From: Eledone cirrhosa | Lineage: Eukaryota | Length of the DNA: 64,000 nucleotides | Direction: 5' to 3' | Assembly: GCA_964016885.1 (NCBI GenBank) | Contig: OZ024744.1 | Span: forward strand, 121,148,001 to 121,212,000 | Shown here: positions 26,060-38,464 of the stretch, piece by piece | How the letters are laid out: each line of letters opens with the position of its first letter | Position numbering within the stretch: position 1 is the first letter of the stretch | The notes under the pieces: generated by a model | Told to the model about the DNA's origin: nothing | Databases searched by the model: none | What the model saw: only the letters and a program-made list of their open reading frames with translations | Position numbers and translations under genes: made by a program

Positions 26060-29000
26060 TAGTGTGAGATGGTTGGGTCATGTGTTGAGGAAGGATGAAA
26101 GTGACTGGGTGAGAGGAATAGAGGTAGTGATGGATGTTGTGAAGAGAGATAGTGTGAGATGGTTGGGTCATGTGTTAAGGAAGGATAAAAGTGACTGGGT
26201 GAGAGGAATAGAGGTAGTGATGGATGTTGTGAAGAAAGATAGTGTGAGATGGTTGGGTCATGTGTTAAGGAAGTATGAATGTGACTGGGTGAGAGGAATA
26301 GAGATAGTGATGGATGTTGTGAAGAGAGATAGTGTGAGATAGTTGGGTCATGTGTTGAGGAAGGATAAAAGTGACTGGGTGAGAGGAATAGTGGTAGTGA
26401 TGGATGTTGTAAAGGGAGATAGTGTGAGATGCTTGGGTCATGTGTTGAGGAAGTATAAAAGTGACTGGGTGAGAGGAATAGAGGTAGTGATGGATGTTGT
26501 GAAGAGAGATAGTGTGAGATGGTTGGGTCCTGTGTTGAGGAAGGATGAATGTGACTGGGTGAGAGGAACAGAGGTAGTGATGGATGTTGTGAAGAGAGAT
26601 AGTGTGAGATGGTTGGGTCATGAGTTGAAGAAGGATAAAAGTGACTGGGTGAGAGGAATAGAGGTAGTGATGGTTGTTGTGAAGAGAGATAGTGTGAGAT
26701 GGTGGGTCATGTGTTAAGGAAGGATAAAAGTGACTGGGTGAGAGGAATAGATGTAGTTATGGATGTTGGGTAGAGAGATAGTGTGAGATGGTTGGGTCAT
26801 GTGTTAAGGAAGTATGAATGTGACTGGGTGAGAGGAATAGAGGTAGTTATGGATGTTGTGAAGAGAGATAGTGTGAGATGGTTGGGTCATGTGTTGAGGA
26901 AGGATAAAAGTGACTGGGTGACAGGAATAGAAGTAGTGATGGATGCTGTGAAGAGAGATAGTGTGATATGGTTGGGTCATGTGTTGAGGAAAGATGAAAG
27001 TGACTGGGTGAGAGGAATAGAGGTAGTGATGGATGTTGTGAAGAGAGATAGTGTGAGATGGTTGGGTCATGTGTTGAGGAAGGATAAAAGTGACTGGGTG
27101 AGAGGAATAGAGGTAGTGATGGATGTTGTGAAGAGAGATAGTGTGAGATGGTTGGGTCACGTGTTGAGGAAGGATTAAAGTGACTGGGTGAGAGGAATAG
27201 AGGTAGTGATCGATGTTGTGAAGAGAGATAGTGTGAGATGGTTGGGTCATGTGCTAAGGAAGGATAAAAGTGACTGGGTGAGAGGAATAGAGGTAGTGAT
27301 GTATGTTGTGAAGAGAGATAGTGTGAGATGGTTGGGTCATGTGTTGAGGAAGGATAAAAGTGACTGGGTGAGAGGAATAGAAGTAGTGAAGGATGCTGTG
27401 AAGAGGGATAGTGTGAGATGGTTGGGTTATGTGTTGAGGAAGGATGAACGTAACTGGGTTAGAGGAATAGAGGTAGTGATGGATGTTGTGAAGAGAGATA
27501 GTGTGAGATGGTTGGGTCATGTGTTGAGGAAGGATAAAAGTGACTGGGTGAGAGGAATAGAGGTAGTGATGGATGTTGTGAAGAGAGATAGTGTGAGATG
27601 GTTAGGTCATGTGTTGAGGGAGGATAAAAGTGACTGGGTGAGATGAATAGAGGTAGTGATGGATGTTGTGAAGAGAGATAGTGTGAGATGGTTGGGTCAT
27701 GTGTTGAGGAAGGATAAAAGTGACTGGGTGAGAGAAATAGAGGTAGTGATGGATGTTGCGAAGAGAGATAGTGTGAGATGGTTGGGTCATGTGTTGAGGA
27801 AGGATAAAAGTGACTGGGTGAGAGAAATAGAGGTAGTGATGGATGTTGTGAAGAGAAATAGTGTGAGATGGTTGGGTCATGTGTTGAGGAAGGAAAAAAG
27901 TGACTGGGTAAGAGGAATAGATGTAGTGATGCATGTTGAGAAAAGAGATAATGTGAGTTGGTTGGGTCATTTGTTGAGGAAGTATGAAAGTGACGGGCTG
28001 AGAGGAATAGAGGTAGTGATAGATGTTGTGAAGAGAGATAGTGTGAGATGGTTGGGTCATGTGTTGAGGAAGTATGAAAGTGACTGGGTGAGAGGAATAG
28101 AGGTAGAGATGGATGTTGTGAAGAGACATAGTCTGAGATGGTTGGGTCATGTGTTGAGGAAGTATGAAAGTGACAGGGTGAGAGGAATAGAGGTAGTGAT
28201 GGATGTTGTGAAGAGAAATAGTGTGAGATGGTTGGGTCATGTGTTGAGGAAGTATGAATGTGACTGGGTGAGAGGAATAGAGGTAGTTATGGATGTTGTG
28301 AAGAGAGATACTGTGAGAATGTTGGGTCATGTGTTGAGGAAGGATAAAAGTGACTGGGTGAGAGGAATAGTGGTAGTGATGGATGTTGTAAAGGGAGATA
28401 GTGTGAGATGGTTGGGTCATGTGTTGAGGAAGTATAAAAGTGACAGGGTGAGAGGAATAGAGGTAGTTATGGATGTTGTGAAGAGAGATAGTGTGAGATG
28501 GTTGGGTCATGTGTTGAGGAAGGATAAAAGTGACTGGGTGAGAGGAATAGATGTAGTGATGGATGTTGTGAAGAGAGATAGTGTGAGATGGTTGGGTCAT
28601 GTGTTGAGGAAGGATAAAAGTGACTGGGTGAGAGGAATAGAAGTAGTGATGGATGTTGTGAAGAGAGATAGTGTGAGATCGTTGGGTCATGTGTTGAGTA
28701 AGGATGAAAGTGACTGGGTGAGAGGAATAGAAGTAGTGATGGATGTTGTGAAGAGAGATAGTGTGAGATGGTTGGGTCATGTGTTGAGGAAGCATAAACT
28801 GACTGGGTGAGAGGAATAGAGGTAGTGATGGATGTTGTGAAGAGAGATAGTGTGAGATGGTTGGGTCATGTGTTGAGGAAGGATAAAAGTGACAGGGTGA
28901 GAGGAATAGAGGTAGTGATGGATGTTGTGAAGAGAGATAGTTTGAGATGGTTGGGTCATGTGTTAAGGAAGTATGAATGTGACTGGGTGAGAGGAATAGA

Positions 29001-31450
29001 GGTAGTTATGGATGTTGTAAGGAGAGATAGTGTGAGATGGTTGGGTAATGTGTTGAGGAAGTATGATAGTGACTGGGTGAGAGGAATAGAAGTAGTGATG
29101 GATGTTGTGAAGAGAGATAGTGTGAGATGGTTGGGTCATGTGTTGAGGAAGCATAAACTGACTGGGTGAGAGGAACAGCGGTAGTGATGGATGTTGTGAA
29201 GAGAGATAGTGTGAGATGGTTGGGTCATGTGTTGAGGAAGGATAAAAGTGACTGGGTGAGAGGAATAGAGGTAGTGATGGATGTTGTGAAGAGAGATAGT
29301 GTGAGATGGTTAGGTCATGTGTTGAGGAAGGATAAAATTGACTGGGTGAGAGGAATAGAGGTAGTGACGGATGTTGTGAAGAGAGATAGTGTGAGATGGT
29401 TGGGTCATGTGTTGAGGAAGGATAAAAGTGACTCGGTGAGAGGAATAGAGGTAGTGATGGATGTTGTGAAGAGAGATAGTGTCAGATGGATGGGTCATGT
29501 GTTGAGGAAGGATAAAAGTGACTGGGTGAGAGGAATAGAGGTAGTGATGGATGTTGCGAAGAGAGATAGTGTGAGATGGTTGGGTCATGTGTTGAGGAAG
29601 GATAAAAGTGACTGGGTGAGAGGAATAGAGGTTGTGATGGATGTTGTGAAGAGAGATAATGTGAGATGGTTGGGTCATGTGTTAAGGAAGGATAAAATTG
29701 ACTGGGTGAGAGGAATAGAGGTAGTTATGGATGTTGTGAAGAGAGATAGTGTGAGATGGTTGGGTCATGTTCTGAGGAAGGATAAAAGTGACTCGGTGAG
29801 AGGAATAGAGGTAGTGATGGATGTTGTGAAGAGAGATAGTGTGAGATGGTTGGGTCATGTGTTGAGGAGGGATAAAATTGATTGTGTGAGAGGAATAGAG
29901 GTAGTGATGGATGTTGTGAAGAGAGATAGTGTGAGATGGTTGGGTCATGTGTTGAGGAAGGATAAAAGTGAGTGGGTGAGAGGAATAGAGGTAGTGATGG
30001 ATGTTGTGAAGAGAGATAGTGTGAGATGGTTGGGTCATGTGTTGAGGAGGGATAAAATTGATTGGGTGAGAGGAATAGAGGTAGTGATGGATGTTGTGAA
30101 GAGAGATAGTGTGAGATGGTTGGGTCATGTGTTGAGGAAGGATAAAAGTGAGTGGGTGAGAGGAATAGAGGTAGTGATGGATGTTGTGAAGAGAGATAGT
30201 GTGAGATGGTTGGGTCATGTGTTCAGGACGGTTGAATGTGAATGGGTGAGAGGAACAGAGGTAGTGATGGATGTTGCGAAGAGAGATAGTGTGAGATGGT
30301 TGGGTCATGTGTTGAGGAAGGTTAAAGTGACTGGGTGAGAGGAATAGAGGTAGTGATGGATGTTGCGAAGAGAGATAGTGTGAGATGGTTGGGTCATGTG
30401 TTGAGGAAGTATGAAAGTGACTGGGTGAGAGGAATAGAGGTAGTGATAGATGTTGTGAAGACAGATAGTGTGAGATGGTTGGGTCATGTGTTGAGGAAGG
30501 ATAAAACTGTCTGGGTGAGAGGAATAGTGGTAGTGATGGATGTTGTGAAGAGAGATAGTGTGAGATGGTTGGGTCATGTGTTGAGGAAGTATGAAAGTGA
30601 CTGGGTGAGCGAATAGAGGTAGTGATGGATGTTGTGAAGAGAGATAGTGTGAGATGGTTGGGTCATGTGTTGAGGAGGGATAAAATTGATTGGGTGAGAG
30701 GAATAGAGGTAGTGATGGATGTTGTGAAGAGAGATAGTGTGAGATGTTTGGGTCATGTGTTGAGGAAGGATTAAAGTGACTGGGTGAGAGGAATAGAGGT
30801 AGTGATGGATGTTGTGAAGAGAGATAGTGTGAGATGGTTGGGTCATGTGTTGAGGAAGTATAAAATTGACTGGGTGAGAGGAATAGTGGTAGAGATGGAT
30901 GTTGTAAAGGGAGATAGTGTGAGATGGTTGGGTCATGTGTTGAGGAAGTATAAAAGTGTCTGGGTGAGAGGAATAGAGGTAGTGATGGATGTTGTGAAGA
31001 GAGATAGTGTGAGATGGTTGGGTCATGTGTTGAGGAAGGATGAAAGTGACTGGGTGAGATGGTTGGGTCCTGTGTTGAGGAAGGATGAAAGTGACTGGGT
31101 GAGAGGAACAGAGGTAGTGATGGATGTTGTGAAGAGAGATTGTGTGAGATGGTTGGGTCATGTGTTGAGGAAGGTTAAAAGTGACTGGGTGAGTGGAATA
31201 GAGGTAGTGATGGATGTTGTGAAGAGAGATAGCGTGGGACGGTGGGGTCATGTGTTGAGGAAGTATGAAAGTGACTGGGTGAGAGGAATCAGAGGTAGTG
31301 ATGGATGTTGTGAAGAGAGATAGTGTGAGATGGTTGTGTCATGTGTTGAGGAAGGATAAAAGTTACTGGGTGAGAGGAATAGAGGTAGTGATGGATGTTG
31401 TGAAGAGAGATAGTGTGAGATGGTTGGGTCATGTGTTGAGGAAGGATAAA
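26060..31450 (+). repeat. Further copy of the ~18.4-23.8 kb block, offset ~7645 bp
   Basis: ORF pairs 18620/26265, 19138/26783 and 19543/27188 (7645), and 22691/30335 and 23140/30784 (7644). One monomer is gained near 28.9 kb and one lost near 29.7 kb. Confidence 0.9.
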
Positions 31451-34400
31451 AGTGAGTGGGTGAGAGGAATAGAGGTAGTGATGGATGTTGGGAAGAGAGA
31501 TAGTGTGAGATGGTTGGGTCATGTGTTGAGGAAGGTTGAATGTGAATGGGTGAGAGGAACAGAGGTAGTTATGGATGTTGCGAAGAGAGATAGTGTGAGA
31601 TGGTTGGGTCATGTGTTGAGGAAGGATAAAATGACTGTGTGTGAGGAATAGAGGTTTTGATGGATGTTGTGAAGAGAGATAGTGTGAGATGGTTGGGTCA
31701 TGTTTTGAGGAAGGATAAAAGTGACTGGGTGAGTGGAATAGAGCTAGTGATGGATGTTGCAAAGAGAGATAGTGTGAGATGGTTGGGTCATGTGTTGAGG
31801 AAGTATGAAAGTGACTGGGTGAGAGGAATAGAGGTAGAGATGATGTTGTGAAGAGAGATAGAGTGAGATGGTGGGGTCATGTGTTGAGGAAGTATGAAAG
31901 TGACTGGGTGAGGGAATAGAGGTAGTGATGGATGTTGTCAAGAGAGATAGTGTGAGATGGTTGGGTCATGTGTTGAGGAGGGATAAAATTGATTGGGTGA
32001 GAGGAATAGAGGTAGTGATGGATGTTGTGAAGAGAGATAGTGTGAGATGGTTGGGTCATGTGTTGAGGAAGGATAAAAGTGAGTGGGTGAGAGGAATAGA
32101 GGTATTGATGGATGTTGTGAAGAGAGATAGAGTGAGATGGTTGGGTCATATGTTGAGGAAGGATAAAAATGAGTGGGTGAGAGGAATAGAGGTAGTGATA
32201 GATGTTGTGAAGGGAGATAGTGTGAGATGGTTGGGTCATGTGTTGAGGAAGTATGAATGTGACTGGGTGAGAGGAATAGAGGTAGTTATGGATGTTGTGA
32301 AGAGAGATACTGTGAGAATGTTGGGTCATGTGTTGAGGAAGGATAAAAGTGACTGGGTGAGAGGAATAGTGGTAGTGATGGATGTTGTAAAGGGAGATAG
32401 TGTGAGATGGTTGGGTCATGTGTTGAGGAAGTATAAAAGTGACAGGGTGAGAGGAATAGAGGTAGTTATGGATGTTGTGAAGAGAGATAGTGTGAGATGG
32501 TTGGGTCATGTGTTGAGGAAGGATAAAAGTGACTGGGTGAGAGGAATAGATGTAGTGATGGATGTTGTGAAGAGAGATAGTGTGAGATGGTTGGGTCATG
32601 TGTTGAGGAAGGATAAAAGTGACTGGGTGAGAGGAATAGAAGTAGTGATGGATGTTGTGAAGAGAGATAGTGTGAGATGGTTGGGTCATGTGTTGAGTAA
32701 GGATGAAAGTGACTGGGTGAGAGGAATAGAAGTAGTGATGGATGTTGTGAAGAGAGATAGTGTGAGATGGTTGGGTCATGTGTTGAGGAAGCATAAACTG
32801 ACTGGGTGAGAGGAATAGAGGTAGTGATGGATGTTGTGAAGAGAGATAGTGTGAGATGGTTGGGTCATGTGTTGAGGAAGGATAAAAGTGACAGGGTGAG
32901 AGGAATAGATGTAGTGATGGATGTTGTAAGGAGAGATAGTGTGAGATGGTTGGGTAATGTGTTGAGGAAGTATGAAAGTGACTGGGTGAGAGGAATAGAA
33001 GTAGTGATGGATGTTGTGAAGAGAGATAGTGTGAGAAGGTTGGGTCATGTGTTGAGGAAGCATAAACTGACTGGGTGAGAGGAACAGCGGTAGTGATGGA
33101 TGTTGTGAAGAGAGATAGTGTGAGATGGTTGGGTCATGTGTTGAGGAAGGATAAAAGTGACTGGGTGAGAGGAATAGAGGTAGTGATGGATGTTGCGAAG
33201 AGAGATAGTGTGAGATGGTTGGGTCATGTGTTGAGGAAGGATAAAAGTGACTGGGTGAGAGGAATAGAGGTTGTGATGGATGTTGTGAAGAGAGATAATG
33301 TGAGATGGTTGGGTCATGTGTTAAGGAAGGATAAAAGCGACTGGGTGAGAGGAATAGAGGTAGTGATGGATGTTGTGAAGAGAGATAGTTTGAGATGGTT
33401 GGGTCATGTGTTAAGGAAGTATGAATGTGACTGGGTGAGAGGAATAGAGGTAGTTATGGATGTTGTGAAGAGAGATAGTGTGAGATGGTTGGGTCATGTT
33501 CTGAGGAAGGATAAAAGTGACTCGGTGAGAGGAATAGAGGTAGTGACGGATGTTGTGAAGAGAGATAGTGTGAGATGGTTGGGTCATGTGTTGAGGAGGG
33601 ATAAAATTGATTGTGTGAGAGGAATAGAGGTAGTGATGGATGTTGTGAAGAGAGATAGTGTGAGATGGTTGGGTCATGTGTTGAGGAAGGATAAAAGTGA
33701 GTGGGTGAGAGGAATAGAAGTAGTGATGGATGTTGTGAGGAGAGATAGTGTGAGATGGTTGGGTCATGTGTTGAGGAGGGATAAAATTGATTGGGTGAGA
33801 GGAATAGAGGTAGTGATGGATGTTGTGAAGAGAGATAGTGTGAGATGGTTGGGTCATGTGTTGAGGAAGGATAAAAGTGAGTGGGTGAGAGGAATAGAGG
33901 TAGTGATGGATGTTGTGAAGAGAGATAGTGTGAGATGGTTGGGTCATGTGTTGAGGACGGTTGAATGTGAATGGGTGAGAGGAACAGAGGTAGTGATGGA
34001 TGTTGCGAAGAGAGATAGTGTGAGATGGTTGGGTCATGTGTTGAGGAAGGTTAAAGTGACTGGGTGAGAGGAATAGAGGTAGTGATGGATGTTGCGAAGA
34101 GAGATAGTGTGAGATGGTTCGGTCATGTGTTGAGGAAGTATGAAAGTGACTGGGTGAGAGGAATAGAGGTAGTGATAGATGTTGTGAAGACAGATAGTGT
34201 GAGATGGTTGGGTCATGTGTTGAGGAAGGATGAAAGTGACTGGGTGAGAGGAATAGAGGTAGAGATGGATGTTGTGAAGAGAGATAGTGTGAGATGGTTG
34301 GGTCATGTGTTGAGGAAGTATGAAAGTGACTGGGTGAGAGGAATAGAGGTAGAGATGGATGTTGTGAAGAGAGATAGTGTGAGATGGTTGGGTCATGTGT

Positions 34401-34923
34401 TGAGGAAGGATAAAACTGTCTGGGTGAGAGGAATAGTGGTAGTGATGGATGTTGTGAAGAGAGATAGTGTGAGATGGTTGGGTCATGTGTTGAGGAAGTA
34501 TGAAAGTGACTGGGTGAGCGAATAGAGGTAGTGATGGATGTTGTGAAGAGAGATAGTGTGAGATGGTTGGGTCATGTGTTGAGGAGGGATAAAATTGATT
34601 GGGTGAGAGGAATAGAGGTAGTGATGGATGTTGTGAAGAGAGATAGTGTGAGATGTTTGGGTCATGTGTTGAGGAAGGATTAAAGTGACTGGGTGAGAGG
34701 AATAGAGGTAGTGATGGATGTTGTGAAGAGAGATAGTGTGAGATGGTTGGGTCATGTGTTGAGGAAGGATAAAATTGACTGGGTGAGAGGAATAGTGGTA
34801 GAGATGGATGTTGTAAAGGGAGATAGTTTGAGATGGTTGGGTCATGTGTTGAGGAAGTATAAAAGTGTCTGGGTGAGAGGAATAGAGGTAGTGATGGATG
34901 TTGTGAAGAGAGATAGTGTGAGA

Positions 34924-35013
34924 TGGTTGGGTCCTGTGTTGAGGAAGGATGAAAGTGACTGGGTGAGATGGTTGGGTCCTGTGTTGAGGAAGGATGAAAG
35001 TGACTGGGTGAGA
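34924..35013 (+). repeat. Tandem duplication of the 45-bp half-monomer (also at 15146-15235, 23371-23460, 25305-25394, 31015-31104, 57447-57536)
   Basis: The sequence reads tggttgggtcctgtgttgaggaaggatgaaagtgactgggtgaga twice in a row. The ORF track shows ...KDESDWVRWLGPVLRKDESDWVR.... Confidence 0.95.
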
Positions 35014-38000
35014 GGTACAGAGGTAGTGATGGATGTTGTGAAGAGAGATTGTGTGAGATGGTTGGGTCATGTGTTGAGGAAGGTTAAAAGTGACTGGGTG
35101 AGTGGAATAGAGGTAGTGATGGATGTTGTGAAGAGAGATAGCGTGGGACGGTTGGGTCATGTGTTGAGGAAGTATGAAAGTGACTGGGTGAGAGGAATCA
35201 GAGGTAGTGATGGATGTTGTGAAGAGAGATACTGTGAGATGGTTGGGTCATGTGTTGAGGAAGGATAAAAGTTACTGGGTGAGAGGAATAGAGGTAGTGA
35301 TGGATGTTGTGAAGAGAGATAGTGTGAGATGGTTGGGTCATGTGTTGAGAAAGGATAAAAGTGAGTGGGTGAGAGGAATAGAGGTAGTGATGGATGTTGG
35401 GAAGAGAGATAGTGTGAGATGGTTGGGTCATGTGTTGAGGAAGGTTGAATGTGAATGGGTGAGAGGAACAGAGGTAGTTATGGATGTTGCGAAGAGAGAT
35501 AGTGTGAGATGGTTGGGTCATGTGTTGAGGAAGGATAAAATGACTGTGTGAGAGGAATAGAGGTTTTGATAGATGTTGTGAAGAGAGATAGTGTGAGATG
35601 GTTGGGTCATGTTTTGAGGAAGGATAAAAGTGACTGGGTGAGTGGAATAGAGGTAGTGATGGATGTTGCAAAGAGAGATAGTGTGAGATGGTTGGGTCAT
35701 GTGTTGAGGAAGTATGAAAGTGACTGGGTGAGAGGAATAGAGGTAGAGATGATGTTGTGAAGAGAGATAGAGAGAGATGGTGGGGTCATGTGTTGAGGAA
35801 GTATGAAAGTGACTGGGTGAGGGAATAGAGGTAGTGATGGATGTTGTGAAGAGAGATAGTGTGAGATGGTTGGGTCATGTGTTGAGGAAGGATAAAAGTG
35901 AGTGGGTGAGAGGAATAGAGGTATTGATGGATGTTGTGAAGAGAGATAGAGTGAGATGGTTGGGTCATATGTTGAGGAAGGATAAAAATGAGTGGGTGAG
36001 AGGAATAGAGGTAGTGATAGATGTTGTGAAGAGAGATAGTGTGAGATGGTTGGGTCATGTGTTGAGAAAGTTTGAAAGTGACTGGGTGAGCGAATAGAGG
36101 TAGTGATGGATGTTGTGAAGAGAGATAGTGTGAGATGGTTGGGTCATGTGTTGAGGAGGGATAAAATTGATTGGGTGAGAGGAATAGAGGTAGTGATGAA
36201 TGTTGTGAAGAGAGATAGTGTGAGATGGTTGGGTCATGTGTTGAGGAAGGATTAAAGTGACTGGGTGAGAGGAATAGAGGTAGTGATGGATGTTGTGAAG
36301 AGAGATAGTGTGAGATGGTTGGGTCATGTGTTGAGGAAGGTTAAAAGTGACTGGGTGAGTGGAATAGATGTAGTGATGGATGTTGTGAAGAGAGATAGTG
36401 TGGGACGTTTGGGTCATGTGTTGAGGAAGTATGAAAGTGACTGGGTGAGAGGAATCAGAGGTAGTGATGGTTGTTGTGAAGAGAGATAGTGTGAGATGGT
36501 TGGGTCATGTGTTGAGGAAGGATTAAAGTGACTGGGTGAGAGGAATAGAGGTAGTGATGGATGTTGTGAAGAGAGATAGTGTGAGATGGTTGGGTCATGT
36601 GTTGAGGAAGGTTAAAAGTGACTGGGTGAGTGGAATAGATGTAGTGATGGATGTTGTGAAGAGAGATAGTGTGGGACATTTGGGTCATGTGTTGAGGAAG
36701 TATGAAAGTGACTGGGTGAGAGGAATCAGAGGTAGTGATGGATGTTGTGAAGAGAGATAGTGTGAGATGGTTGGGTCATGTGTTGAGGAAGGATAAAAGT
36801 GACTGTGTGAGAAGAATAGAGGTTTTGATGGATGTTGTGAAGAGAGATAGTGTGTGATGGTTGGGTAATGTGTTGAGGAAGGATAAAAGTGACTGGGTGA
36901 GAGGAATAGAGGTAGTGATGGATATTGCGAAGAGAGATAGTGTGAGATGGTTGGGTCATGTGTTGAGGAAGGATAAAAGTGACTGGGTGAGAGGAATAGA
37001 GGTTTTGATGTATGTTGTGAAGAGAGATAGTGTGAGATGGTTAGCTCATTTGTTGAGGAAGGATAAAAGTAACTGGGTGAGAGGAATAGAGGTTGTGATG
37101 GATGTTGTGAAGAGAGATAGTGTGAGAGGGTTGGGTCATGTGTTGAGGAAGTATGAAAGTAACTGGGGTGAGAGGAATAGAGGTAGTGATGGATGTTGTG
37201 AAGAGAGATAGTGTGAGATGGTTGGGTCATATGTTGAGGAAGGATAAAAGTGACTGGGTGGGAGGAATAGTGGTAGTGATGGATGTTGTAAAGGGAGATA
37301 GTGTGAGATGATTGGGTCATGTGTTGAGGAAGTATGAAAGTGACTGGGTGAGAGGAATAGAGGTAGAGATGGATGTTGTGAAGAGAGATAGAGTGAGATG
37401 GTTGGGTCATGTGTTGAGGAAGTATGAAAATGACTGGGTGAGGGAATAGAGGTAGTGAGGGATGTTGTGAAGAGAGATAGTGTGAGATGGTTGGGTCATG
37501 TGTTGAGGAGGGATAAAATTGATTGGGTGAGAGGAATAGAGGTAGTGATAGATGTTGTGAAAAGAGATAGTGTGAGATGGTTGGGTCATGTGTTGAGGAA
37601 GGATTAAAGTGAGTGGGTGAGAGGAATAGAGGTAGTGATGGATGTTGTGAAGAGAGATAGTGTGAGATGGTTGGGTCATGTGTTGAGGAGGAATAGAATT
37701 GATTGGGTGAGAGGAATAGAGGTAGTGATGGATGTTGTGAAGAGAGATAGTGTGAGATGGTTGGGTCATGTGTTGAGGAAGGATAAAAGTGAGTGGGTGA
37801 GAGGAATAGAGGTAGTGATGGATGTTGTGAAGAGAGATAGTGTGAGATGGTTGGGTCATGTGTTGAGGAAGGTTGAATGTGAATGGGTGAGAGGAACAGA
37901 GGTAGTGATGGATGTTGCGAAGAGAGATAGTGTGAGATGGTTGGGTCATGTGTTGAGGAAGGATAAAAGTGACTGGGTGAGAGGAATAGAGGTTTTGATG

Positions 38001-38464
38001 GATGTTGTGAAGAGAGATAGTGTGAGATGGTTGGGTCATATGTTGAGGAAGGATAAAAGTGACTGGGTGAGAGGAATAGAGGTAGTGATGGATGTTACGA
38101 AGAAAGATAGTGTGAGATGGTTGGGTCATGTGTTGAGGAAGTATGAAAGTGACTGGGTGAGAGGAATAGAGGTAGTGATAGATGTTGTGAAGACAGATAG
38201 TGTGAGATGGTTGGGTCATGTGTTGAGGAAGGATGAAAGTGACAGGGTGAGAGGAATAGAGGTAGAGATGGATGTTGTGAAGAGAGATAGTGTGAGAGGT
38301 TGGGTCATGTGTTGAGGAAGTATGAAAGTGACTGGGTGAGAGGAATAGAGGTAGAGATGGATGTTGTGAAGAGAGATAGTGTGAGATGGTTGTGTCATGT
38401 GTTGAGGAAGGATAAAACTGACTGGGTGAGAGGAATAGTGGTAGTGATGGATGTTGTAAAGGGA

